A program made the translations under genes and the position numbers. From NCBI GenBank assembly GCA_030603365.1, contig JAUVXV010000003.1, positions 256,001 to 320,000 of the forward strand: DNA of 64,000 nt. The letters run 5' to 3'. The notes under the pieces were generated by a model. It made no database searches. It was not told the DNA's origin and saw only the letters and a program-made list of their open reading frames with translations. Of the stretch, positions 20,566 to 30,050 are shown in pieces. This stretch comes from Candidatus Heimdallarchaeota archaeon. GTDB lineage: Archaea > Asgardarchaeota > Heimdallarchaeia > Heimdallarchaeales > Heimdallarchaeaceae. The stretch's first letter is position 1, and each line of letters begins with the position of its first letter.

Positions 20566-21802
20566 TTACACCTCCAGCAAAAAGTGAATACATCTCCTTG
20601 AAAGATGATGTTTTCTCCAATTCCTTACCTTTAATGAATGGTGTTACCTTCCAGTCTCTGAGTTCAGAACGTGATATTACCTGTTCCCAATTAAAATCTC
20701 CTTTTAGTCCACTTTTTATATCTCTCATTATTCCTGGTAAAAACAAGCAGGAAATAAACTCGGGATCACTGAATCTTGAATCAGTTATACATGCAAAGAT
20801 ATGAATCTCTTTTTCATCTTTAACTTCATGAATGTATTGTACTCTAATTACATCATTTGTATCTTTATAACGGAAAACTGCATCGGATGGAATTGCTATT
20901 TTTTCATTGATCTTATACTCAGTCAACTGATTTAGTATCAACAACAATTTTCTATTAAGAAATGCTTTATTGATAAGATTGAAAATGTTTTTAGGGGAAA
21001 CTTCTTCTTGAAAAGAGACCTTGTTTTCTATGTCCTCAGGTACTACAAATGAAACAGTATCAACTCTCAACATAGGTGGAGCTAAAAGTATTTCTCCTCC
21101 GCACTCACATTCTTTAACTGAGGTTTCATCTAAGCCTGAATAGACTTTTCCACAAGTACTATTGCATTGCATAATGTCAGTTAAGATGTAAGCTTTAACT
21201 AAAACCGCACCTGTAATCATCAGAGGCAAATTAGAGAGTTCAGTTCTCCCCCTTAAATTATATTCTTTACAGATTTGCCAATGTATGTATTTTCCTAAAC
21301 TGTTAAGATCAGTACTTAAAACATCAATTTGATTGTCTAAAGACATTTCGTCAGATTCCCTTAGCAGTTCTGTACGATTATAAACTCCAGATAAAGCGGT
21401 TGTTAGTATTTTTATTTCTTCATAAGTATTAGTCAGACTAACATCATTGAAATTCGAGCTGAAGAAATTTAAGAAATTGCAATCATCATTTTTATCTTTA
21501 GTAAAAATGCTATATCTCTGCTCTTTGGTAATATTTTGTGTATCTAGAAAAATCTGTTTTGACCCTTGTAAAACGAATTTCTCTTCTTTGAAAATATCTG
21601 AAATATTTGCATTTGATAAAGCATTTTTTAGTTGTTTTTTACTTTTGACATCTTCTTCTCCAGACACATCCTTTAAGCATTCCACAATATGGATGGGTAG
21701 ATCTATCTCATTATTCATTACTTCACAAACAAATAAATTTAGAACTTCTGAAGCTGATTGTTCACCTTCCATTTTGCCTACTCCTATTGAATTGGTGATC
21801 AA
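20555..21802 (-). CDS. Hypothetical protein with a putative zinc ribbon
   Basis: CNSTCG...KECECGG; 415-aa ORF. Confidence 0.65.
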   Translation of the reverse strand: MITNSIGVGKMEGEQSASEVLNLFVCEVMNNEIDLPIHIVECLKDVSGEEDVKSKKQLKNALSNANISDIFKEEKFVLQGSKQIFLDTQNITKEQRYSIFTKDKNDDCNFLNFFSSNFNDVSLTNTYEEIKILTTALSGVYNRTELLRESDEMSLDNQIDVLSTDLNSLGKYIHWQICKEYNLRGRTELSNLPLMITGAVLVKAYILTDIMQCNSTCGKVYSGLDETSVKECECGGEILLAPPMLRVDTVSFVVPEDIENKVSFQEEVSPKNIFNLINKAFLNRKLLLILNQLTEYKINEKIAIPSDAVFRYKDTNDVIRVQYIHEVKDEKEIHIFACITDSRFSDPEFISCLFLPGIMRDIKSGLKGDFNWEQVISRSELRDWKVTPFIKGKELEKTSSFKEMYSLFAGGVNDE

Positions 21803-21930
21803 ATAATATTGAATTCAATTTATCAAATAATATTATCCTTATTCGTATAATTTCACTAGGGTTTTTCAACTTTTACTTAATATTTTTGCAAAAAGAATAA
21901 TTTATAGGAGTACAGTAATGCTGAAAATCG

Positions 21931-22443
21931 TTAATTTCCTTTTTCTAGTGCTATTTCTGCCATTTTTCTAAAAACAGGATAAAGGTTTTTATCATCTTTA
22001 GCAGACACTTCAAAATATACTGTTTTCAGATCCGAAGCAAATTTCTCTCCTTCTTCTGCCTTTACAGCTCTTTTTTCCTCAAGATCTATTTTATTTCCTA
22101 CAATAATAATTGGAATATCTCCTAATGTATCTAAAAGAAGGTCTTTCCAGTAGTTTAATCTATCAAAACTTTCTCTACTGGTGATATCATAAATTAGTGC
22201 TGCTATAACTGATCCTTGAAAATATTTTGGAAGAACAGGATGAAATCTTTCTTGAGAACCTGAATCACCGATAATTAAGCGTATCTCCTTTCCATCAATT
22301 GTTGTGTCCCAAATAAGAAAATTAGCTCCTAATGTTGGTTGGTGAGTAACTGGAAAAGAACCTTGAGCTTGTCTAAGAGCTATTGATGTTTTACCAACCC
22401 CTGGTTCACCACATAACGAAATTTTGAAGCTAATCTCTGTCAT
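21931..22443 (-). CDS. Rab/Ras-like small GTPase
   Basis: G1 GEPGVGKTS, G2 PTLG, G3 DSGSQERF, G4 NKID, G5 SAK; no C-terminal prenylation cysteine. Confidence 0.95.
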   Translation of the reverse strand: MTEISFKISLCGEPGVGKTSIALRQAQGSFPVTHQPTLGANFLIWDTTIDGKEIRLIIGDSGSQERFHPVLPKYFQGSVIAALIYDITSRESFDRLNYWKDLLLDTLGDIPIIIVGNKIDLEEKRAVKAEEGEKFASDLKTVYFEVSAKDDKNLYPVFRKMAEIALEKGN

Positions 22444-22546
22444 AATTCAAGATATCTCACATTTCTTTCTTTTAAAGCATTTTTATTATCCTAAGAATAG
22501 AAAGAAACTCATTTATACAACTTAAATTTCTATATTTTGTATCCTA

Positions 22547-22732
22547 ATGTCAAATAGAGAGCAATGCGGAGAATATGAAATCTACCAAGATGATGAGGAT
22601 TGGTGGGTAGTGAAACATTCGAGTGAAAACAAAATTATTGGAAAATTTCTGAAAAAAGAAGATGCTCTGGAAAACATTGCTAAGTTTTTACAAGACGATA
22701 CTGAAAGAACTGAATCCGAATCAGTTTGTTGA
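22547..22732 (+). CDS. Small acidic protein (DUF2188-like fold or RiPP precursor candidate)
   Basis: 61-aa ATG-started ORF whose end overlaps or abuts the start of the rSAM gene. Confidence 0.6.
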   Translation: MSNREQCGEYEIYQDDEDWWVVKHSSENKIIGKFLKKEDALENIAKFLQDDTERTESESVC

Positions 22733-24093
22733 GAAAAATGGCTGATAAAGTACTATATCATATTTTTGAAAAACATAACACATTTTTCTTAGTTGATTCT
22801 TTCAATCAATTTTTCTGGAATATTGGTACCAACATGCAGATTGTGAAAAAAATTGAGGACTTAGTTAAATTTGGTTTCTTCAGCAAATCAGCTCCTTCTG
22901 TTGATGTATCTGAAAACTCGCACTCATTTGATATTAATCAATTAGTTCTAAATCCTTCTACTGAGTGTAATTTAGATTGTTGGTATTGCTATTCAAGTAA
23001 AATTCGAAAACTTAATAAGAATGAGTTGAATTTCGAAGACTTAAAACTGATATTTGAAACAGTATTAAGATATAAAACCAAGATGGAATCAAAATCTGAT
23101 ATAACTGTTAGCTTAGGCTATACTCAAGAAATAACTCAAAACTTTGATTTATTCCTTAAAATCAAAAAATATTTAGAACAAGAACAAAAGAAGCATGAAT
23201 TTCAGATATTTCTTTTTCCACCTTCTACGAATCTTTTCACAATAAATAGTAGTTTTGTAGATTTTATTAATGAATATGGATATCTTACAGTCTCAATAAA
23301 CCTAGAAAATAAAAAACAAAAACAGATGATGTTGGAAAATTTAAAGCTCTTTGATTCGAATGTGAAAAAGCATTTAATTATCCCTATTGCAGCTGGAAAA
23401 AGAAATTTATTTGATATTTATAATGAATACTTTCTCTATTTCGATTTCGTTTCAATACGTCCTGCAAGAGTTGAAGCAGATTCCGTTTTTCCTTGGACTG
23501 AAAATTCTCTTGCGGAATTAAAATATGAGATTACTCGATTGTTCCAAACCCTACTACATAAGAAGGATGAAGATCTGATCACATTCCTAACAAGAATAGG
23601 TCCTACTGATTACCTAGGCAGATATTTAGAAAGGGTGATAACCAGAACCAAAACTCTGCTTAGATGTTCTGCAGGAAGAAACGCTTTTGCAATTGATCCT
23701 TGTTTGGATGTTTATCCATGTTCTGGAATGATTGGAATACCAGAGTTAAATTTAGGTAAAATTCAACTAGATGACGAAGACTTACAATTTAATGGGACCA
23801 AACTTGAATTATTTACAGAGAGGATTGAATGTTCTAGATGTTGCATTCAGTACTATTGTGGTGGTCCTTGTATTGATTGGTTGAATAAACAGTATGGAAA
23901 TCTAGAGCGGTTCGTAAATAAGTACGAATGTGAATTAAATAAACACATATTTGAAGAAACTGTGTTTTTTGTATATCAACTCCAGGAAGAAAGAAAAAAA
24001 GCATTTAACAAGCTTCTTATCGCTAGAAAATTGGAGAATAATTTGACTTATGCTCTAGATTTTGATAAGTTTCATCGATTTTTTACTCAATAA
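22726..24093 (+). CDS. Radical SAM/SPASM-domain protein with RRE-like N-terminus
   Basis: CNLDCWYC; SPASM cysteines CSAG..YPC..CSRC..YCGGPC..C. The true start may be ATG 22738. Confidence 0.88.
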   Translation: MLRKMADKVLYHIFEKHNTFFLVDSFNQFFWNIGTNMQIVKKIEDLVKFGFFSKSAPSVDVSENSHSFDINQLVLNPSTECNLDCWYCYSSKIRKLNKNELNFEDLKLIFETVLRYKTKMESKSDITVSLGYTQEITQNFDLFLKIKKYLEQEQKKHEFQIFLFPPSTNLFTINSSFVDFINEYGYLTVSINLENKKQKQMMLENLKLFDSNVKKHLIIPIAAGKRNLFDIYNEYFLYFDFVSIRPARVEADSVFPWTENSLAELKYEITRLFQTLLHKKDEDLITFLTRIGPTDYLGRYLERVITRTKTLLRCSAGRNAFAIDPCLDVYPCSGMIGIPELNLGKIQLDDEDLQFNGTKLELFTERIECSRCCIQYYCGGPCIDWLNKQYGNLERFVNKYECELNKHIFEETVFFVYQLQEERKKAFNKLLIARKLENNLTYALDFDKFHRFFTQ

Positions 24094-24145
24094 TTAGCAT
24101 AGTTGAGCACAAAATTAACATATCAGAACAACAATAAATGTACAG

Positions 24146-25282
24146 ATGTTTGTACCTCCGCAAAGAATGTCTCACAAAGAAAGTTGTAAAATCTGTAATG
24201 AGCACAAACTAGTGTCAGAGAGTTTGTCTGTTTGTTATGATTGCATTCTTTCATTTGAATCAGAAGCTGAGGTATTTATTAGCGAAGCGCACAAAATTGC
24301 TAGAAATAAATTTAATTTACCCGTTAAAGCTCCTTCTGGAGAGCTTCAAAGTTGTTCTTCCTGTAATCATAATTGTAGTTTTGGAGAAAATGACATTAGT
24401 TTTTGTGGATTAAGGTATACAAAAAATGGAAAGTTTGTATCTAAAACTAATACCGAAACAGCTGCTTTAGATTTTTATTTTGATCCATTACCTTGTAATT
24501 GTTGCGCTTCTTGGTTCTGTCCTGCAGGAACGGGTGATGGTTATCCAAATTATGCGTATAAAGATGGAAAAGAGACTGGATATTACAATCTCTCAATATT
24601 TTTCTATGGGTGTTCTTTTAACTGTTTATTCTGTCAAAACAAGGATCATAAAAATATAGGTTTAGGTTCTAAAGTAACAATTGAACAATTAACATCAACT
24701 TTCTTAAATAATCCACAGATTTCATGTGTGTGTTTTTTCGGCGGATCACCTGAACCTCAATTTGATTTTGCTTTAAACCTATCTGAAAGAATTATAAAAA
24801 TAGCCAAAAGAGAAAAACGAATATCACGTATTTGTTGGGAATGGAATGGTTTTGGAAACAGAAAAAAAGTTCAGAAAGCAGCAGAACTCTCCTTAGAATC
24901 AGGGGGCAACATCAAATTCGATTTGAAAGCATGGTCACCCTCAATACATAAAGCTTTGACAGGTGTAGATAATAAAAAAGTTTTAGAAAATTTCGAATTT
25001 ATAGGAAAAAAATTTTTTGGAGAAAGACCTGATGTACCCATGTTAAATGCGACAACATTACTAGTTCCAGGATATATTAATGAAAATGAAGTAGAACAAA
25101 TAGCTTCTTACATTGCTAGTATTGATGAAAACATTCCTTACTCTTTATTGGGATTTTATCCTCATTTTGAAATGACTGATCTTCCCCTTACTTCTCTGGA
25201 ATTAGCTGAAAGGTGTTTTGATGTAGCTTCTGATTATCTTAAAAAAGTAAATATTGGTAATAAACATCTGTTATCCAAATAA
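24146..25282 (+). CDS. Radical SAM protein, PflA-related/AmmeMemoRadiSam-like
   Basis: GCSFNCLFCQN, FFGGSPEP, Cys-rich N-terminus, TTLLVPGY. Confidence 0.88.
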   Translation: MFVPPQRMSHKESCKICNEHKLVSESLSVCYDCILSFESEAEVFISEAHKIARNKFNLPVKAPSGELQSCSSCNHNCSFGENDISFCGLRYTKNGKFVSKTNTETAALDFYFDPLPCNCCASWFCPAGTGDGYPNYAYKDGKETGYYNLSIFFYGCSFNCLFCQNKDHKNIGLGSKVTIEQLTSTFLNNPQISCVCFFGGSPEPQFDFALNLSERIIKIAKREKRISRICWEWNGFGNRKKVQKAAELSLESGGNIKFDLKAWSPSIHKALTGVDNKKVLENFEFIGKKFFGERPDVPMLNATTLLVPGYINENEVEQIASYIASIDENIPYSLLGFYPHFEMTDLPLTSLELAERCFDVASDYLKKVNIGNKHLLSK

Positions 25283-25286
25283 TCAA

Positions 25287-25312
25287 AGCAATCTATCTTC
25301 AAGTAGATTGCT
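25287..25312. terminator. Perfect 9-bp hairpin between convergent genes
   Basis: AGCAATCTA-TCTTCAAG-TAGATTGCT just after the stop at 25282. Confidence 0.45.
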
Positions 25313-25430
25313 ACTTCTATTAGGAATGTTTCTAAGTATTCACTTCTTTCTCTATACCTTAGAAAAGAGTGATCTAAGTAGTACTTTCAACTGATTCATA
25401 GTTTTGAGGATGAATTGTTTAGATGTAGTA

Positions 25431-26288
25431 CTACTGTTTATTTCTCTTCTTTCTCAGGATTAACACAACTAAGCTAGATAAAAAGAGAGATATTAATCCA
25501 TAACTCCAGTTGTAGGGTACTCTAATATCACCGTTTTCTATCTCTAAGAGAAGATGAGTTCTTAAGTAATCTCCTTCGTGGTAATCTTCTTCTCCTTCTA
25601 TTACTCTTTCCACTTCTAATCTTGATAAAACTCCCCAGTCTGTATTATAGACAATTTCAGTTGTATATTCCCAAATATAACCCCAACCAGTTTCTGCACT
25701 ATAGGATTTCATTGAAAATGAATTGCCACTAATTGCTACATCAAATGAATACTCAGTGTGAGAAACTTCAAAGGGTTCTAGACTCTCATAAATGTAATCT
25801 TGAAATACTTTCAGTGTATCTTCATTTTCAAGTGTGAGAGTTATTGGAAGAATATAAACTGTGAAAGGATTTGGATATGGACTAGTTAATACTATATTAT
25901 CAACATAAAAATCCATTGCATTATCACCAATAAAATCATCATTTAGGTAAAAATCTGCCCATGATTCATTTGTATTAAAGAGATATCCAAGACTGTCTGG
26001 ATTTAAATCATCCGGATCTTCTTTGATTTTAATTTTAAAAACATCACCCAGTGTCATTGAATAGGAATTAGAAAAACCCCAATAATACTCTTCTACGTGT
26101 GTGAAGTATCCTTGTGCTTCAATTTCTAATACTTTGAGTTTCCATGATAGCTCAGTATTGGGAGTTAGTTTATCAGAATATTGAACAGATGAGATAACCT
26201 GACTTTCTACAGTTGCAGTATTATTTAAAGCAAGATTTAGTAATAATATTAAGAGAAGAGATGTTAATCCTTTTTTCTTGTTAATCAT
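25431..26288 (-). CDS. Secreted, C-terminally anchored surface protein (family member 1)
   Basis: Signal peptide; C-terminal VPYNW + TM + RKKRNKQ; motifs shared with 26520 and 52828. Confidence 0.8.
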   Translation of the reverse strand: MINKKKGLTSLLLILLLNLALNNTATVESQVISSVQYSDKLTPNTELSWKLKVLEIEAQGYFTHVEEYYWGFSNSYSMTLGDVFKIKIKEDPDDLNPDSLGYLFNTNESWADFYLNDDFIGDNAMDFYVDNIVLTSPYPNPFTVYILPITLTLENEDTLKVFQDYIYESLEPFEVSHTEYSFDVAISGNSFSMKSYSAETGWGYIWEYTTEIVYNTDWGVLSRLEVERVIEGEEDYHEGDYLRTHLLLEIENGDIRVPYNWSYGLISLFLSSLVVLILRKKRNKQ

Positions 26289-26519
26289 TCTTACAACCTC
26301 GAATAAACTACTAAGTTTAATCTTAAATTGTACCTTATTCTATAACTATAAAAATTTTGTTAGAAATGATAGGAAATCATGATAAGCATTCCATTTCTTC
26401 TCTTTTCACATTTTTTACATATATCTTCCTTATAAAAGCTAAAGAAACTTTATATTAAATCACGTCTATAATTATACAGGTTTACTATATCAAATAGACT
26501 TAACTAAGTTGGTGAATTT

Positions 26520-27353
26520 ATGAATAAAAAAGTTATTAGTGCAATAATTTTACTAACATGTTTGGTTTTTATGCCGATTACAACATCAGCTGATTACCCT
26601 ACTGGGGAACTAGGATATTCTGATGAGATAGCTGTTGGTGAAGAATTTGAATGGACTGTATCAAAACTGGAAGTTACAGGTGATTTTGATCACTTAGCTG
26701 ATCGTTTCTATATTGGAGATACCATATTATATCAAGGAGACAAAATTAAAATAAAAATCCTCGAAGATCCTGATGAAGCCACTGATATCTGGTTTGATAT
26801 TTACGTGAATGATATCAAAATTATTGATCCCGATCCCTATTTTGTCTATATTATCTGGCGTAGTATGTACTACACCTCTTGTGATTTCTTCATCACCCCA
26901 GTAACTTACACCAATGCTACTGGAACTTACAATCTTTATGAACAAACCTATGAAGAACTTGAAGATAGAAACTATGATAATAGCGATAGCTATTCTGAAG
27001 TATATGATGGTGTAACCTATGAATATACCTACTCAAAAAAGTTTGAATTCAAATTACAAGGGGATGTTTTCTCAATTTATAGGTACTATTATGAATCTTA
27101 TTCCATAAAAGGAAACGGCTATGATGAATCATGGTATTGGAAATGGATGATAGAAACGACAATCAATATTAGAACTGGTCTAGTAGGTAAAGCTGAAATA
27201 TTGTATGATCTTGATGAGTACGATCGCAAAGGTAAATTGCATTTGTTAATAGATAGTGACTATGCCAAGACTCCCTATGAATGGGCTTACAGTTTTCTAG
27301 GTATAACAGTTATAGCTGCAGTTGTAGCATTAGTTAAAAGAAAGAGAAAATAG
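26520..27353 (+). CDS. Secreted, C-terminally anchored surface protein (family member 2)
   Basis: Signal peptide; Tyr-rich; TPYEW + TM + KRKRK. Confidence 0.8.
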   Translation: MNKKVISAIILLTCLVFMPITTSADYPTGELGYSDEIAVGEEFEWTVSKLEVTGDFDHLADRFYIGDTILYQGDKIKIKILEDPDEATDIWFDIYVNDIKIIDPDPYFVYIIWRSMYYTSCDFFITPVTYTNATGTYNLYEQTYEELEDRNYDNSDSYSEVYDGVTYEYTYSKKFEFKLQGDVFSIYRYYYESYSIKGNGYDESWYWKWMIETTINIRTGLVGKAEILYDLDEYDRKGKLHLLIDSDYAKTPYEWAYSFLGITVIAAVVALVKRKRK

Positions 27354-27360
27354 AAGTCAA

Positions 27361-27390
27361 TTTATTTTCTCCTTTTTTTTATTATTTTAC
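27361..27390 (+). terminator. Archaeal oligo-T terminator
   Basis: TTTATTTTCTCCTTTTTTTT immediately after the stop at 27353. Confidence 0.5.
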
Positions 27391-27530
27391 CTCTGTTAGA
27401 AAGAATAAGAAAGATTTCTATTTCATGATTGAATTTTGTCATGTTGCCATATTATCTTTAGGGTAGTTTTTAGTTTAGTTTATGTGATTTCTTTTTTAAA
27501 TAATCCAACTTATTTGTAATTAATACCATA

Positions 27531-27935
27531 CTATTTCAGTAGGAAGAAATGGCTTGGACAAGATTTACAATCACTATTCCCTACTCCTCTTATCTGTTGA
27601 AATTCATCCATTGATGCAAACTTTGAAGCAATTTGGCATTCATTTTTGTTTTCTCTTGAGATCCCTATTCCTTCTATCTCTGAGAATTTTGATATTGTAA
27701 TTTGATCAATATGCCAATGGTTTTTCTTTGTTTTTCTCATATGTCTGTGTAACCGTGATGATAATCCACCAGCACCGAACGCGCTACCTACATAAAAATA
27801 ATAACCTGGTTTAAGTTTGATTTCTTTTCTTCTAATTTCAAGCACTATTTCTGATGTAATTCGAATAAATAAAATATATGTTCCCTTTAATCCTACAGTA
27901 AAATTGATAATTGGACCTGGAAGAATATGAATCAC
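27531..27935 (-). CDS. GIY-YIG/Uri-family endonuclease (DUF123-like)
   Basis: KGTYIL, YFYVGSA, RLHRH, HWHID, GNSDCKSCPSH. GTG start overlapping the upstream TGA is assumed. Confidence 0.88.
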   Translation of the reverse strand: MIHILPGPIINFTVGLKGTYILFIRITSEIVLEIRRKEIKLKPGYYFYVGSAFGAGGLSSRLHRHMRKTKKNHWHIDQITISKFSEIEGIGISRENKNECQIASKFASMDEFQQIRGVGNSDCKSCPSHFFLLK

Positions 27936-28987
27936 TCTTCTAATTCTGTTGCTTTTTCCCAAAACTCTAGTGCTTTCTCCTCTTCTCCATTATCTTCGTA
28001 GATATCTCCAAGCATTTGAAATATTCTATTTTCATTCTCATTATATCTAAGTGAATCGTTTAGATAAGCAATCGCTTTATCATAATTCTTTGATGCCCAA
28101 GATAAAGAGGCTAAAGCTAATGTTGCTTCTAAGAATGCAGGATCTCGACTTAAACATTCTTCATAATATCGTGTTGCTTCTTCTATGTTTGCAAGAGCAG
28201 CATAAATCTTGGCTAGGTTAAAGAAACCTAGAACGTTATCAGGATCCAATTCTATAACTTTCGAGAAAGATTCTACTGCTTGTATGAAATCTTGGGTTGC
28301 TTCTAACGATTTACCTAGTTGGAACCAAGCTGGAATGCTATCAGGATTTACTTCAGTTGCTTTTTTGTAATAATCTTTTGCTCTTTCATGATTATCAAGA
28401 TCAAAGTATGTTTCTCCAATTTGTATCAGTATCTTTTCATTATCAGAATCTAATTTCTCTGCTTTCATTAAATTATTCCAGCTCTCAATTTCGTTTCCCA
28501 TCTTTTTGAATATCGATGCCAAGAAGCTGTAAAGTTCTATGTCTTCTTCATATTCTAGAAAATTGTTGAAAGCTTGAACTGCTTCATGGTACTCCCCAAT
28601 TTCATAATACAAATTTCCGATTTTCTTCCAAACATGATATCTTTTTTCATCTAATTCAGAAACTTTCTTCCATGATAGTATGGCTTGATCCCAATCTTTA
28701 AGCTTAGCAAACACATCTCCCGATAAATCTAAAGTTGTGAGATTTTCTTGTTCTATCTCTAAAGATCTATTAAGGTAATTGAGTGCGGATTGAGTATCTC
28801 CTACGTATAAGTGTAACCGTACTAAGAAATTCAGAAACATCTCTTCATTCTCAAAATAGCTTAAGTTTTTTTCCAACAACTCAATTGCTTTATGATAATT
28901 ATGCTGATTAATTAGCTCTTCAGCTTCCGATAGGATCTTTATCATGTCATTATTATCGTGCATTAATTTTCTTACTTCAAATATCAC
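27932..28987 (-). CDS. TPR repeat protein
   Basis: About 9-10 canonical TPR units (e.g. AWFQLGKSL..AVESFSKVIELDP). Confidence 0.92.
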   Translation of the reverse strand: MIFEVRKLMHDNNDMIKILSEAEELINQHNYHKAIELLEKNLSYFENEEMFLNFLVRLHLYVGDTQSALNYLNRSLEIEQENLTTLDLSGDVFAKLKDWDQAILSWKKVSELDEKRYHVWKKIGNLYYEIGEYHEAVQAFNNFLEYEEDIELYSFLASIFKKMGNEIESWNNLMKAEKLDSDNEKILIQIGETYFDLDNHERAKDYYKKATEVNPDSIPAWFQLGKSLEATQDFIQAVESFSKVIELDPDNVLGFFNLAKIYAALANIEEATRYYEECLSRDPAFLEATLALASLSWASKNYDKAIAYLNDSLRYNENENRIFQMLGDIYEDNGEEEKALEFWEKATELEE

Positions 28988-29065
28988 TTAAGAATATTAT
29001 GTAATGGAAAGGTTGTTTGAAAATTAAAGAAAGTTTTAAGTTCAGTATATGGATACATAATATAG

Positions 29066-29962
29066 ATGTTTCAGGTAATAGCTAGGAGAGATGATGAAGT
29101 CGGATATCGTATCACCTTAGCTGATATGCCAGAAGAGCTGAAAGAAGATTCAATAGTTTTCATGCCTGAATTATCTACCAAAGAACAGGAGCATATAGCT
29201 TATGTCTCCAAATATACACACAAGTCAGGGAACATCATAGTTAAACTAGTTAGAAGTGATGGTTTTGATCCGTTCGGTAGACCAAAATCACTTTCTCACA
29301 GTCTGATAATCCCTTCAGAGGAATATAACTCAAACTCTTTATTATATTACTCATCTCCTATTATTCTATCAGAACTCTTTGATGATGTAAATAATGAGCC
29401 CTCAATTCTAAGAGCATCTAATTTTAAACAATCAAAGAATGAGATTTTAGAGAAGGTTGATGCTGCAAAACTAAGGGAAATTATAGTATCCGCAATGATA
29501 AATAGGAAGGTTGTACTTAATCCATCTTTGGATCAAAAAGGGTTGTTTGAGCTTTCAAGTGTGATAGATAAGACTATTCCATTTGAAGCTTCATATGATT
29601 TTTCGCTCATAACTTATTCGGATGCAAGCTGTAACAAGCATCTAGTACATAATGTTCTCTATTTCTTTTCTAAAGGTTACACTAACAAAGATTCTATTGC
29701 GATTAAAGGGCTAAGCTCAAAAGCAAGAAAAATAGCCAAAACGGAAGAAAAATATCTTAACGATTATATTGAAATGATATTAAGTAATGATTATGAACAA
29801 TTACTTGAAGAGCATGCAAAGTGGGTAATAGGCATGTACTATAATGATCATAAAGATTTGCAAAAATTATTTACTAAAAGGTATCAATTAAACATGCCTT
29901 TCTCAAGAAGGAATAAGTTTCATGCTAAGTTGGTTAGCTCTTTATCAAAATTTGATTTTTAG
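29066..29962 (+). CDS. Hypothetical protein, GAP1-N2/GAP1-M (DENN-like) candidate
   Basis: GFDPFGRPKSLSHSLII and IPFEASYDFSLITY motifs. Confidence 0.5.
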   Translation: MFQVIARRDDEVGYRITLADMPEELKEDSIVFMPELSTKEQEHIAYVSKYTHKSGNIIVKLVRSDGFDPFGRPKSLSHSLIIPSEEYNSNSLLYYSSPIILSELFDDVNNEPSILRASNFKQSKNEILEKVDAAKLREIIVSAMINRKVVLNPSLDQKGLFELSSVIDKTIPFEASYDFSLITYSDASCNKHLVHNVLYFFSKGYTNKDSIAIKGLSSKARKIAKTEEKYLNDYIEMILSNDYEQLLEEHAKWVIGMYYNDHKDLQKLFTKRYQLNMPFSRRNKFHAKLVSSLSKFDF

Positions 29963-30050
29963 TTGATTTTTATTAGAAAAACAAAAAGAAGGTGTCCTGA
30001 AGAACAGATAAACTATGTTGAATTGAAGAATCTATTTTCATCTAGAAGAG

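Noticed and set aside
27531-27935. GIY-YIG gene as a homing endonuclease or mobile element
   Set aside because: DUF123-type housekeeping family; no intron, intein or flanking repeats.
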